From contig QHUJ01000111.1 of NCBI GenBank assembly GCA_003221895.1, forward strand, positions 2,836-66,835: DNA of 64,000 bases. Reading direction: 5' to 3'. Below the pieces are notes generated by a model that made no database searches, was not told the DNA's origin, and saw nothing but the letters and a program-made list of their open reading frames with translations. The position numbers were made by a program, and so were the translations under genes. How positions within the stretch are numbered: the stretch's first letter is position 1; the number at the start of each line of letters is the position of its first letter. This document shows, piece after piece, positions 42,709 through 53,139 of this stretch. Origin of the DNA: Gemmatimonadota bacterium (GTDB lineage: Bacteria; Gemmatimonadota; Gemmatimonadetes; Gemmatimonadales; GWC2-71-9).

Positions 42709-45429
42709 CTACAATCCCAGCCAGTAGCTGATCTTCAGCAGAAAGATGTTCTCCGACGGGCCGTGAAACAGCGCGCCCACATCTTCGTTGAAGTCGATGC
42801 TGCCGCGCGGCAGGTCGGGCAGCTGGCTGCTGTGCGTCCACACCACGTACAGCGTCGACCCCGGCCGGTACTCCCAGCGCAGCACCGCGTTCCCGCGGAG
42901 CGAACGGACCGTAAACGTAGGGTCGGTAAACGTGTAGCTGGGTGCCCCGCCGTTGAGCGTATCCGCGTCAACCGTGATCGATGCCGGATTGTGCGCCGGA
43001 TCAGCCGCCGGCGTGACGACCACCGTGCCGAAGTCACGGCCGTATTCCAGACGCTGGGACCCGCGTGGCGCCGCGTAGACGTTGTAGTGCGAGTAGGTGC
43101 CCGATGCGATGAGCGGTTGCAGGTACAACTCCAGCGTCAGCGCCGGCGAGAACGTCCAGTTCAGTCGCGTGTCCATCGAAATGCTTTGCTGTTCGAGATG
43201 AGCGAAGACGTAGCGACGGCCGTAGAACAGCACATCCGTCGGATCGGCATAACTGTCGACGTACTGGAACCCCGTCTCCTGATGCCCGAGCGATGGGCCG
43301 AGCGAGACGGCCACATTCGAGCGCGGCTGCAGTTGGAGAGCGAGACTGATCGAGTGATCGCAGTCGCCTTCGCGATTACAGCCCCGGTCGGTACTGAACT
43401 GGGCGGAGATTTTCTTGCGTTGATCCGTATTGACGCCCGCAAACAGGTAGTCGATGCCGGGCCGTTTCACGACCGGACCGCCGCGGGTCTGCCGGTCATC
43501 GAACAGGTCGGGCCGGTGAATCCAGAACGCGGTCAGCCACCAGTAGCTCAGCGTTTGCATCTGGGCGAACGTGTGGACCTGCCGGTCGTTGAGGTCGCCG
43601 TCGAAGTTGTATTGCTGCTGCACGCCGCCGATCAAATAGAGCGCCCGGTACCAGCTGGTCGGTTTGGTCCACTGCGGGAAGATGTTCGCCCCCATCCACC
43701 AGTAGTCGGCCCGCGAAAAGAACGTGATGTCGTTGTTGTTGAAAGCCGGCGAGCGGAAGTTGGTCGAGGCTTCCCACAGCCAGTGACCCGACTCCTTGGA
43801 GACGCGCGCGTAGCCGCCGACTCCCGCCATGCCGGTGCGCGGGGCCCGCGCGTCGGCGGTGTCGGGACGATCGGGCCGCTGGAAGTAATGCGCCGACCCG
43901 AACCGGATGCGCCGCATCGCGGCGGTGTCGCCGTGCACGTCGGTCGCGGCGAACTGCGCCATCAGCCGATAGGTGCGCTTGTGCCACCAGCTGTCCACCG
44001 ACATGCCGCCTGCTTCCGAGTGCTCCGACAGCCTGCTCGCGACGTAGGGGTCGTCGAGATTGCGGTAGACGGACGTCGCCATCGCCTTGAATTGCGTCGC
44101 GCCACCGCGCAAGTCCTTGGCGACGCGCGCCGAGAAGTAGTTCGTGAGCGGCTCGACCGTAAATGTGCCGCCCGTCCCGTCCTCCAACTGCACGGGGGCG
44201 CGTTCGTGCTTCGTGACCGCCTCGAGCACCCCGAGCGACCAGCCCGACGGAGTGCGACCGGTCAGCTTTCCCGCGCCAATGATCGCGGAGTTTTGCGGTG
44301 GATCCGCAAACTCGACCGGCACCGCTAAGTCTGAGCGCCAAGGCGAGATCTGCGGAGCCCGGCCGATGCGGCGCGTATTCAGCATGCTGAGACTCGACAC
44401 ATTGGAACAGAAGTAGCAGTTAAATCCGCCCAATCCGAAGTACCCCGCACCCTCCACGAAGAATGGCCGCTTCTCCGCCAGGAATGTTTCGTACGCCGAG
44501 AGATTCACGACGGCGGGATCGACCTCCACCTGCCCGAAGTCGGGGTTGATCGTGGCGTTGAGGGTGAGATTCGACGTGACGCGCAGTGTCGCATCGCCAC
44601 CGACGCGGCCGTCCGTGGCTTTCGGATCGTAGAATGGGTCGGCGCTGTTTCCCGGAGCCCGCGTCGTCTGGCCGAGCACATAGGGCAAGACCTCCGCGCG
44701 GCCAGGCGCCTTGTGGATGACCAGCCCCGTGAGATGGCCAAACCGCGCCGGCCCACCGCTCTCGTCCAAGCCCCACCACGACCACTGCGACAGCTCATTC
44801 AGCCGGTTTTCCTGACGCCAGATCTGCAAGCCCCACGTTTGCTCATTGGACGTCGATGGATACCGCAGCTGCGAAAACGGAATGCGCAGCTCCGCGGTCC
44901 AGCCGAGCGAATCGATGTGCGTCTGTACTTCCCAGACGGGATCCCACGAGGGATCGCCGCCTCCGCCCAGGCCGTTGGCGTCCTGCTTCACGCCCGAGGG
45001 ATTCACCAAGAAAAACAGCCGGCCGATGTGATCGTGGTACGTATCGAAGATGACCTGGACGTAGTCCGTGCTGATATCCGCATCGCGGCGGGCGAGGCGC
45101 GTGCGCACACCCGCCGCTCCCGAGTCATCGTACATCCGCGCGCCGACATAGATGGCCGCGTCGTCGTAGGTAAACCGCACCTCGGTGCGCTGCGTCGCTG
45201 CCTCGCCCGATTTCGGTTGGGCTTGCCGGAACCCCGTCGCCGCAGGTGCGACCTGCCAGATCGGTTCGTCCAGCCGGCCATCGAGATGAATCTCCCCCTG
45301 CAGCGGGATCGCCCGGACTTCGGGCGGCGGGACGGGATGGATGTTCTGCGATAATAAGGAAGCAGGAAGAGCGGCTGCGAGCAGCGAGGCGAGAAAGACT
45401 GAGACGGACGTGCTCGGCATGACGGTCAC
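42709..45429 (-). CDS. CBM9-like/DUF5916 outer-membrane protein
   Basis: LDGRLDE..W, GWTAELRIPF.QLRY, NPDFGQVE.D, EKRPFF.EG, C-terminal KISYW. Confidence 0.85.
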   Translation of the reverse strand: MTVMPSTSVSVFLASLLAAALPASLLSQNIHPVPPPEVRAIPLQGEIHLDGRLDEPIWQVAPAATGFRQAQPKSGEAATQRTEVRFTYDDAAIYVGARMYDDSGAAGVRTRLARRDADISTDYVQVIFDTYHDHIGRLFFLVNPSGVKQDANGLGGGGDPSWDPVWEVQTHIDSLGWTAELRIPFSQLRYPSTSNEQTWGLQIWRQENRLNELSQWSWWGLDESGGPARFGHLTGLVIHKAPGRAEVLPYVLGQTTRAPGNSADPFYDPKATDGRVGGDATLRVTSNLTLNATINPDFGQVEVDPAVVNLSAYETFLAEKRPFFVEGAGYFGLGGFNCYFCSNVSSLSMLNTRRIGRAPQISPWRSDLAVPVEFADPPQNSAIIGAGKLTGRTPSGWSLGVLEAVTKHERAPVQLEDGTGGTFTVEPLTNYFSARVAKDLRGGATQFKAMATSVYRNLDDPYVASRLSEHSEAGGMSVDSWWHKRTYRLMAQFAATDVHGDTAAMRRIRFGSAHYFQRPDRPDTADARAPRTGMAGVGGYARVSKESGHWLWEASTNFRSPAFNNNDITFFSRADYWWMGANIFPQWTKPTSWYRALYLIGGVQQQYNFDGDLNDRQVHTFAQMQTLSYWWLTAFWIHRPDLFDDRQTRGGPVVKRPGIDYLFAGVNTDQRKKISAQFSTDRGCNREGDCDHSISLALQLQPRSNVAVSLGPSLGHQETGFQYVDSYADPTDVLFYGRRYVFAHLEQQSISMDTRLNWTFSPALTLELYLQPLIASGTYSHYNVYAAPRGSQRLEYGRDFGTVVVTPAADPAHNPASITVDADTLNGGAPSYTFTDPTFTVRSLRGNAVLRWEYRPGSTLYVVWTHSSQLPDLPRGSIDFNEDVGALFHGPSENIFLLKISYWLGL

Positions 45430-45549
45430 TTGGCCAGGATACAAGCTTGGACGCGCCAGCACGCCAAAAGGTTGCGAGCCTGACCGGAGCCTTGCACGGC
45501 ACTGACCCCGTGCGTATCGGCCCCCTCTTCATTAGATATTCGACACCCA

Positions 45550-47778
45550 ATGCCACAATCCGCTGCCGCCGGCGCCCCAGGCGTGCCTTCCGCCCCTGCC
45601 GCGCCTCCGACCATTGCGCCACCCGCGCCCCCCTCACCACCTCTGCCCGAGCGCATCACCCGGCTGGTCGATCTATCCCAGAACCTCTGGTGGAGCTGGC
45701 AGCTCGATGCGCGCGAGCTGTTTCACCGGATCGACCACCGCCTCTGGGAAGCGACGCGGCACAACGCCGTAGAATTCCTCCGGCAGGTGGACCCGGAGCG
45801 TCTCGCACAGCGCGCCAAGGATGCCGCCTTCCTCGAACGCTATGACGCGGTGATGCGCCGCTTCGAGGAGCTCCAGGAGCGCGGCGACACGTGGTTCGCG
45901 GACCAGTCTCCGGAGCTGCTCAAGCGGTCGATCGCGTATTTCTCGGCCGAATTCGCCCTGCACCGCTCTCTGCCGATTTACTCGGGCGGTCTCGGCGTGC
46001 TCGCCGGTGATCATTGCAAGGAGGCCTCCGACCTGGGCGTGCCGCTGGTCGGCGTCGGCTTGTATTACCACGGCGGCTACTTCGATCAGTTGATCGGACT
46101 CGACGGCTGGCAGCGCGACTCCGACGATCCGATCGATCCCGCCGTGAATCCCGTGGCTCGGGTCAACGGGCCCGACGGCGATCCCGCTCTCGTATCGGTC
46201 ACAATTGCCGGCCGTGAGGTCCACATCGGCGCTTGGCGCGTGATGGTGGGACGCGTCCCGGTCTACCTGCTCGATACCGACCTCGATCGCAACGATCCCG
46301 CCGACCGCAAGCTGACCGCGCGGCTGTACACCAGCGCAGCCGAATGGCGCCTGCGACAGGAGTGGGTCCTGGGCGTCGGCGGCGTGCGCATGCTCCGAGC
46401 CCTCGGCATCAATCCGGAGATCTGGCACGCGAATGAGGGGCACGCGGCGTTCATGCACGTCGAGCGGCTGCGCGAGCTCCTCGCGAACGGCCTCACCCTT
46501 CCGGCGGCACGGAATCAGATCCGTTCCTCGAGTGTCTTTACAACACACACGCCGGTTGCGGCGGGACACGACGTTTTTACGACGGAACAAGTCGAGCAAG
46601 TGACAGGGCCGTTCTGGAACGCAATGGGTATCACCCGCGAACAATTCATGTCGCTCGGAAACTCCGGGCCCAATGATCAGCGGTTCGAGATGACGGTGCT
46701 CTCGCTGCGTCTCGCGGGCCGCGTGAACGGCGTATCGGCCCGGCATCAGGAAGAATCGCGGCGCATCTGGCGTTGGGTGTGGGATAACCGGCCCGCAGAA
46801 CAAATCCCCATCGGGCACGTCACGAACGGCGTCCACCTCGGCACCTGGATGGCGCGACCGATCCGCGAGCTGCTCGCCGTAGCCCTCGGTGCAGATTGGG
46901 AATCGCGCACGGAGCCCGACAGGACCGCGGCGGCCGTACGGGCACTGGATAATGACCGGCTGTGGGCTGCGCACGAGAGCCTGCGGTACCTGCTGCTGCA
47001 TTACATCCGCGAGGAAGCGCGTCACCGTTGGCGGGATTACTGGAAAGAACCGGCGAAGCTTGCGGCGGCCGGGACGCTCCTCTCCCCCAACGTACTGACC
47101 CTCGGATTCGCCCGCCGCTTTGCAACCTACAAGCGAGCCGACCTGCTGTTCCGCGACCCCGAGCGGCTGCGGCGACTGCTGACCGACTCTCGCCGCCCCG
47201 TCCAGATCATCTTCGCCGGCAAGGCGCATCCCGCGGACGATCCGGGGAAGCGCGTGCTGCAGCGGATTTTCACGGCCGCGCAGGATCCCAGTTTCGAGGG
47301 ACGAATCGCGTTCCTCGAGGATTACGAAATGCATCTCGCGCAGCGCATGGTCGCCGGTGTGGATATGTGGGTCAACCTGCCGCGCGTGCCGCTCGAAGCC
47401 TGCGGTACCAGCGGCATGAAGGCGGCGCTCAACGGCGTTCCACAGTTGAGCACGCTCGATGGTTGGTGGGCCGAGGGGTTCACGGGGGAGAATGGCTGGG
47501 CGATTCCCTTGTCTGGTGCCGAGGCTGACGCGGAGCAGTGGGACATGGAGCATCTGTTCCGTCTGCTCGAGCAGGAAGTAGTACCGAAGTTCTACGATCG
47601 CATCCCTGGCAAAGTATCCGCCGCCTGGGTACAGATCATGAAGTCCGCGCTGGCCGTGAGTGTCGAGCGGTTCACCACCCGACAAATGCTGCAGACCTAC
47701 GTCACGCGATACTACGTTCCCGCGGCCGCCGGGGACGCCCTTCCCGAGAATTCTGCCACCGTAGCGCAGGGGGATTAG
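45550..47778 (+). CDS. glgP: Alpha-glucan (glycogen) phosphorylase
   Basis: AYFSAEF..LPIYSGGLGVLAGDH, NEGH, FARRFATYKR, EACGTSGMK PLP site. Confidence 0.95.
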   Translation: MPQSAAAGAPGVPSAPAAPPTIAPPAPPSPPLPERITRLVDLSQNLWWSWQLDARELFHRIDHRLWEATRHNAVEFLRQVDPERLAQRAKDAAFLERYDAVMRRFEELQERGDTWFADQSPELLKRSIAYFSAEFALHRSLPIYSGGLGVLAGDHCKEASDLGVPLVGVGLYYHGGYFDQLIGLDGWQRDSDDPIDPAVNPVARVNGPDGDPALVSVTIAGREVHIGAWRVMVGRVPVYLLDTDLDRNDPADRKLTARLYTSAAEWRLRQEWVLGVGGVRMLRALGINPEIWHANEGHAAFMHVERLRELLANGLTLPAARNQIRSSSVFTTHTPVAAGHDVFTTEQVEQVTGPFWNAMGITREQFMSLGNSGPNDQRFEMTVLSLRLAGRVNGVSARHQEESRRIWRWVWDNRPAEQIPIGHVTNGVHLGTWMARPIRELLAVALGADWESRTEPDRTAAAVRALDNDRLWAAHESLRYLLLHYIREEARHRWRDYWKEPAKLAAAGTLLSPNVLTLGFARRFATYKRADLLFRDPERLRRLLTDSRRPVQIIFAGKAHPADDPGKRVLQRIFTAAQDPSFEGRIAFLEDYEMHLAQRMVAGVDMWVNLPRVPLEACGTSGMKAALNGVPQLSTLDGWWAEGFTGENGWAIPLSGAEADAEQWDMEHLFRLLEQEVVPKFYDRIPGKVSAAWVQIMKSALAVSVERFTTRQMLQTYVTRYYVPAAAGDALPENSATVAQGD

Positions 47779-47828
47779 TTGGAGACCCGGGTGACAGGAC
47801 TCGCCAACTAAGGCTCTCCCCTGATCGG

Positions 47829-49160
47829 ATGAGCGCACCACAGCATGGCCTCGCCGTCATCCACGGCCATTTCTATCAACCGCCACGGGAAAACCCAGTG
47901 ACGGGACTGGTTGATGCCGAGCCGTCGGCCGCGCCTGAGCATGATTGGAACGTGCGCATCACCAAGGAATCGTATCGCCCGCTCGTGCCGGTCTACGAGT
48001 ACTTGAGTTTCGATTTCGGACCGACGCTGCTCGACTGGCTGCAGCGTGAAGCGCGTAACGTCTACGACGCGGTGATCCGCGCCGATCACGCCGGCGTACG
48101 GCGGCTGGGACACGGCAATGCGCTGGCGACGCCGTATCACCACATCATCCTCCCGCTTGCGAGCCGGCGCGATAAGGAAACGGAAGTGCGCTGGGGGATT
48201 CAGGACTTCAAAAGGCGGTTCGGGCGCGATCCGGCTGGTTTCTGGCTGCCCGAAACGGCCGTCGATCGGCAGACGCTCGATGTGATTGCAGCCGCGGGGG
48301 TCGCATTCACGGTGCTCGCTCCGCATCAGGTTTCCAAGGCGCCGGAGTACGGGCTGCCCGCCAGGATCGACCTCGACGGTGGGCGCTCTATCGCAGTCTT
48401 CGCCTACGACGGCAAGTTGTCGCACGGCGTCGCGTTTGGCGGGCTGGCGACGGATCCCGACCGCTGGACCGACGTGCTGAGACACACGTCCGCGGGTGCG
48501 ATCGCGAGCATCGCGGTGGACGGCGAAACGTTCGGGCATCATCACAAGGGCACCGACAAGACCGTCGCGACGGTCGTGCACCGCCTGCAGCATTCCGGCA
48601 CAGTGAAAGTGAGCAACTTTGCCGCCGCGCTCGCCGATCACCCGCCCCGGGAGACGGTGAATCTCGTCGAGCCGACCTCGTGGAGCTGCGCACACGGCGT
48701 GGAGCGGTGGCGATCGGCGTGCGGTTGCAGGCTCAGGGGAGACACGCAGCAGGAGTGGCGCGCGCCCCTGCGCGACGCGGTGGACTGGCTCGCCGCCGAG
48801 ATCCATGCGATCTACGAGCGTGAGGGGGCGTCCCTGCCCGGCGGTCCCTGGGCATTTCGAGACGCGGCCGGCGCCACCGCGCCGGTGAAAGGCGGTGACA
48901 ATGTGGAGCGTCTGATCGAGATGGAGCGTGGCGTGCTGCGTGCCATGACGTCGTGCGGCTGGTTCTTCGATGACATCGCCGGCATCGAAGGGCGGCAGGT
49001 GCTGCGCTACGCCGCGTACGCGATCGGGCTCGCCGGTCCCGACAGCGCACGGCTCGAGGCCGGCTTCATCCAAAAGCTGGGCGACGCGGAGGCCAACGAC
49101 CCCAGAGCGGGCAGCGCCGCCGACGTCTTTCGGCAGACGCTGCAGCCCACGCCGTCGTGA
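47829..49160 (+). CDS. GH57/DUF3536 glycoside hydrolase
   Basis: HGHFYQPPRENP, WLPET, DGETFGHH, WSCAHGVERW, TSCGWFFD. Confidence 0.88.
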   Translation: MSAPQHGLAVIHGHFYQPPRENPVTGLVDAEPSAAPEHDWNVRITKESYRPLVPVYEYLSFDFGPTLLDWLQREARNVYDAVIRADHAGVRRLGHGNALATPYHHIILPLASRRDKETEVRWGIQDFKRRFGRDPAGFWLPETAVDRQTLDVIAAAGVAFTVLAPHQVSKAPEYGLPARIDLDGGRSIAVFAYDGKLSHGVAFGGLATDPDRWTDVLRHTSAGAIASIAVDGETFGHHHKGTDKTVATVVHRLQHSGTVKVSNFAAALADHPPRETVNLVEPTSWSCAHGVERWRSACGCRLRGDTQQEWRAPLRDAVDWLAAEIHAIYEREGASLPGGPWAFRDAAGATAPVKGGDNVERLIEMERGVLRAMTSCGWFFDDIAGIEGRQVLRYAAYAIGLAGPDSARLEAGFIQKLGDAEANDPRAGSAADVFRQTLQPTPS

Positions 49161-51085
49161 ACGCTCCCCTCCGTTTTGTGTTCGGCCTGCACCTGCATCA
49201 ACCGGTGGGGAATTTCGATCACGTCATGGCCGATCATGTGCGCGATGTATACCGGCCGATCATCGAGCGTGCCACCGCTGCCGGATTCTTCCCGCTTACG
49301 CTGCACGTCTCTGGCCCATTGCTCGAATGGCTGGAGCACCATGAAGTGAGCTGGCTCGACATGATCGGCCGGCTGGCGGTCGATGGAAAGCTGGAGCTGC
49401 TGCTCGCCGGGTTCGACGAGCCGATTCTCGCATCGTTGCCCAAGCCGGACCGGCTGGAGCAGATCGGCCGCATGCGCGACTACTTGAAGCGTCGTTTTGG
49501 CGTCGACGCGACGGGCCTCTGGCTTACGGAGCGCGTCTGGCAACCAGGCCTGGCCGAGGATCTCGCCGAGGCGGGCGTGGAGTACGCGCTCGTCGACGAC
49601 CGCCACTTTTTGGTAAGCGGCTTTCGCAGCGACGAGCTGCACCGACCGCACCTCACCGAGTCGAACGGCCGCCGCGTGGGGCTGCTCGCAATCGACGAGC
49701 GGCTCCGGTACCTGATTCCATTCCGGCCGCCGGAAGAGACGGCGTCGTATCTGCGGCAGCTGCGCAGTCACGGCCACGGACTCGCCGTGCTCGCCGACGA
49801 CGGCGAGAAGTTCGGCGGGTGGCCCGGCACGAAAGACTGGGTCTACGGCTCGGGCTGGTTGGACACGTTCCTGCAGACGATGGAGCGGCTGATAGCCGCC
49901 GGCGAGATGAAGCTCACGACCGGGCAGGAGGCGTTCCGGCAGGTCCCATCGGGGGGACTGGCCTACCTCGGCACCACGTCCTATCGGGAGATGGAGAAGT
50001 GGTCTCTTCCGTCTGCCGCCCAGCAGGACCTCACCAAGCTCGAAGAGCAGCTGGGGCCAGAGCGTCTCGCCGCCTCGACAGCGTTCGTGCGGGGGGGACA
50101 CTGGCACCATTTCCTCGTCAAGTACGCCGAGGCAAACCGGATGCATAAGACGATGCTCGCGCTTTCGACCCTCTCGCGCAGCCGCGGCGATCCGCCCGAG
50201 GCGCGGCGGGCCATTGGGCGGGCGCAGTGCAACGACGCCTACTGGCACGGCGTGTTCGGCGGTCTCTACCTGCCGCATTTGCGCAATGCGATCTGGCGCC
50301 AGCTCGCCATCGCCGAGCATGTGCTGCGTCAGGGCGAATCGCTCGCCTGCGACGAGCGCGACCTCGACTACGACGGCTACCCCGAGCTGTGGGTGCATTC
50401 GTCACAGTTCTCGGCGTTGATCAGCCCCCATCGCGGCGGCGCCGTCGAGGTGCTCACACGCTTCAGCGACCTCACCAACCTCGCCGACGTGCTGACGCGG
50501 CGTCGCGAGTCTTATCACGAGCTCCCCAAGCAGACGCATGGTGACGGCGGCCACGACAAATCGGGCGGAACGCAGAGCATTCACGACATCGAGAAAGCGT
50601 CCCGCCTCACCGAGCTGCCGCCCGTGGATGCGGAGCCACGCGCGATTCTCGTCGACCGCCTGATCAACACCGACGTTACAGCAACGCAGTACGCCAAAGG
50701 CAATTACAAGCCGCTGCGATCGTGGGCCGCCGAGCCGATGCGCGCCACCGTGAATGCAGCCCCCGACTCGATCACGGTCGTGCTGCAGGGTGATCGGATC
50801 GAAAAGCGGCTCACCTTCGATGCCGCAGGGTGTCTCGAGGTTCGCTACCGCTGGGACGGTTCGGGAATGCCGGCGGACGCACTCTTCGCGCCTGAACTGT
50901 CACTCGCCCGCAGCGTTGCGCTCCAGGTGCATCCCGAGGCGGACATCTGGCGCTCCGAGATCACCACGGTCTCACGCAGCGAGAAAGGCTTCGAAGAAAC
51001 GATCCAGGGCATCTCGATTACACCGCGCTGGCCTGCCCAACTCGGCGGATGCTCGCTCGAGCTCGGCGCGAGCGCCTCCCCGTGA
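49157..51085 (+). CDS. GH57 alpha-amylase/4-alpha-glucanotransferase
   Basis: HLHQPVGN, WLTERVW, DDGEKFGGWPGT, QCNDAYWHGVFGGLYLPHLR. Confidence 0.92.
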   Translation: MNAPLRFVFGLHLHQPVGNFDHVMADHVRDVYRPIIERATAAGFFPLTLHVSGPLLEWLEHHEVSWLDMIGRLAVDGKLELLLAGFDEPILASLPKPDRLEQIGRMRDYLKRRFGVDATGLWLTERVWQPGLAEDLAEAGVEYALVDDRHFLVSGFRSDELHRPHLTESNGRRVGLLAIDERLRYLIPFRPPEETASYLRQLRSHGHGLAVLADDGEKFGGWPGTKDWVYGSGWLDTFLQTMERLIAAGEMKLTTGQEAFRQVPSGGLAYLGTTSYREMEKWSLPSAAQQDLTKLEEQLGPERLAASTAFVRGGHWHHFLVKYAEANRMHKTMLALSTLSRSRGDPPEARRAIGRAQCNDAYWHGVFGGLYLPHLRNAIWRQLAIAEHVLRQGESLACDERDLDYDGYPELWVHSSQFSALISPHRGGAVEVLTRFSDLTNLADVLTRRRESYHELPKQTHGDGGHDKSGGTQSIHDIEKASRLTELPPVDAEPRAILVDRLINTDVTATQYAKGNYKPLRSWAAEPMRATVNAAPDSITVVLQGDRIEKRLTFDAAGCLEVRYRWDGSGMPADALFAPELSLARSVALQVHPEADIWRSEITTVSRSEKGFEETIQGISITPRWPAQLGGCSLELGASASP

Positions 51086-51204
51086 GGGCGCTGCGCCGCC
51101 GGGAGCGCATCGCGAATCTCTGCGCGGTTTCCCGGTCGCGATGCTGGTGAAAAACTGAGGCTGGCAGTTGGTGGAGGTTGGCCGAGGTGATGTATTTTTG
51201 AGGC

Positions 51205-51846
51205 ATGCCTTCCGAAGAGTCGTTCGCATCACTCGCCCAACAACTGGTCGAGATCGGCCGGCAGTCTTATGCCCGCGGGTGGACGTTTGGAACCAGCGGC
51301 AACTTCAGCGCGGTCGTGAGCCGGGAGCCCCTCCGGTTGGCCATCACGACCAGTGGCGTCGATAAGGGCCTGCTAAACGCCAGTCAAATCGTGCAGATTG
51401 ATGAAACCGGTCGTGTGCTCGGTGGCGGCGCGGGAAAGCCTTCTGCCGAAGCCCGGCTGCATGTCGCAGTCGCACGCGCGCGCGGCGTGGGGGCAGGCGC
51501 CGTGTTGCATACGCACTCGATCTGGAGCACGGTTCTCTCCGATGCCGCCGCTGACGGGGGCGTCGTGATCGAAGGCTATGAGATGCTCAAGGGGCTCGAC
51601 GGCGTCAGCACGCATCAGCACCGTGAATGGCTCCCGATCATCGAGAACACGCAGGATTGGGCGATAGCGGCGGCGGAGGTGGAGCAACTGCTCCGCGCCA
51701 ACCCGAAAGCGCACGGATTCCTCATCCGCCGGCACGGTCTCTATACCTGGGGCCGCGACCTCGCAGCAGCGAAACGGCAGATGGAAATCCTCGAGTTCTT
51801 GTTTGAAGCGATGGGTCGAAAGCGAGGCATGACATGGCAACCGTAA
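51205..51846 (+). CDS. mtnB: Methylthioribulose-1-phosphate dehydratase
   Basis: GTSGNFS, SGVDKG, PSAE..LH, HTHS, EMLKG, HGLYTWG. Confidence 0.93.
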   Translation: MPSEESFASLAQQLVEIGRQSYARGWTFGTSGNFSAVVSREPLRLAITTSGVDKGLLNASQIVQIDETGRVLGGGAGKPSAEARLHVAVARARGVGAGAVLHTHSIWSTVLSDAAADGGVVIEGYEMLKGLDGVSTHQHREWLPIIENTQDWAIAAAEVEQLLRANPKAHGFLIRRHGLYTWGRDLAAAKRQMEILEFLFEAMGRKRGMTWQP

Positions 51847-52400
51847 GAATCCCCGCGGAGCAGAGGACGATCACCGATCAGAACGAGGTGACGGGTTACC
51901 TCAAGACGTTGGAGATCGATTATGAGCACTGGCCGGGAGAGCAGCGCGTGGCGGTCGATGCTTCGGCGGAAGCCGTCTTGCAGGCCTACGCGCCCGAGAT
52001 CGCACAACTCAAGGCGCGCGGCGGGTACGTGACCGCGGACATCATCGACGTCACCTCCACCACCCCCGGCCTCGACGCCATGCTCGCGAAATTCAACGTC
52101 GAGCACTGGCACGACGAAGACGAAGTGCGCTTCATCATTCGCGGGCGCGGCCTGTTCCACATCCATCCGCGCCAGGGTCCGGTCATCGCTATCGAAGTGG
52201 AGGCCGGTGATCTGCTGCGCGTCCCCCGCGGCACCCATCACTGGTTCGATCTCTGCGCCGACCGCAACATCCGGGCGATCCGTCTGTTCCAGGACAAGTC
52301 GGGCTGGACGCCGCACTACACCAACAGCGGCACCGACAGCGGCTACCAGCCGGTGTGCATGGGGCCAACGTACATCCCGCTCGGGGCTCATTCGAGCTGA
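51834..52400 (+). CDS. mtnD: Acireductone dioxygenase
   Basis: [25 protein letters not shown]. Confidence 0.93.
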   Translation: MATVRIPAEQRTITDQNEVTGYLKTLEIDYEHWPGEQRVAVDASAEAVLQAYAPEIAQLKARGGYVTADIIDVTSTTPGLDAMLAKFNVEHWHDEDEVRFIIRGRGLFHIHPRQGPVIAIEVEAGDLLRVPRGTHHWFDLCADRNIRAIRLFQDKSGWTPHYTNSGTDSGYQPVCMGPTYIPLGAHSS

Positions 52401-53134
52401 CCCCTCCCAACACTCGCGCGATCCTGCTGGACATCGAGGGCACGACCACGCCCATCGCATTCGTCCAGCAGGTGCTGTTCCCGTACGCGCGAGCACAGGT
52501 GCGTGAGTATCTCCAGCAGAACGCGACGAATCCCGGCGTGCTCGCGGATGTCGCGGCGCTGCGCGCGGAGCACGCCGCCGAGCCCCCCACGCAATCCGGT
52601 CTCCCGGCCTGGAATCCATCCGACGAGCGGCGGTCGGCCGAGGCCTACGTCTACTGGCTGATGGACCGTGACCGCAAATCGACGGGACTGAAGTCGCTGC
52701 AGGGCCGGATCTGGGAAGCCGGATATCAGCGCGGCGAGCTGCAGGGAAAAGGGGAGGTCTACCCCGACGTACGCCCGGCGTTTGTGCGCTGGCGCCGCAA
52801 CGGCATCCTCATCGCCATCTTTTCCTCCGGCAGTATTCAGGCGCAGCGCAACCTGTTCGCCAACACGAGCGCCGGCGACCTCACGCCTTTTCTCTACGAC
52901 TATTTCGACACCAAGACGGGCCCGAAGCGGGAATCCAACAGCTACCGGGTGATCGCCGCCGCGCTGCACCAATCGCCGAGCGAAGTGTTGTTCGTCTCGG
53001 ACGTCACGGCCGAGTTGGACGCGGCGCGCGATGCGGGGATGAGTACTGTCCTGTGCGTGCGCGGATCCGACGCTCCCGTCGAGACGACTGGCGCGGGCCA
53101 TACTCGCATTCGCTCTTTCTATGAGCTAGCGTAG
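52397..53134 (+). CDS. mtnC: Enolase-phosphatase E1 (start uncertain: CTG 52397 or GTG 52355)
   Basis: [38 protein letters not shown]. Confidence 0.92.
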   Translation: MTPPNTRAILLDIEGTTTPIAFVQQVLFPYARAQVREYLQQNATNPGVLADVAALRAEHAAEPPTQSGLPAWNPSDERRSAEAYVYWLMDRDRKSTGLKSLQGRIWEAGYQRGELQGKGEVYPDVRPAFVRWRRNGILIAIFSSGSIQAQRNLFANTSAGDLTPFLYDYFDTKTGPKRESNSYRVIAAALHQSPSEVLFVSDVTAELDAARDAGMSTVLCVRGSDAPVETTGAGHTRIRSFYELA

Positions 53135-53139
53135 CCGCC

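Noticed and set aside
47775-47811. TTAGTTGG...CCAACTAA inverted repeat after glgP
   Set aside because: A single imperfect hairpin without a U-tract, most simply an mRNA stability or termination element
51086-51204. Possible SAM riboswitch before mtnB
   Set aside because: Only a GCATCGCGA/TCGCGATGC hairpin, with no SAM-I or SAM-II consensus; the -10 box lies directly before the ATG
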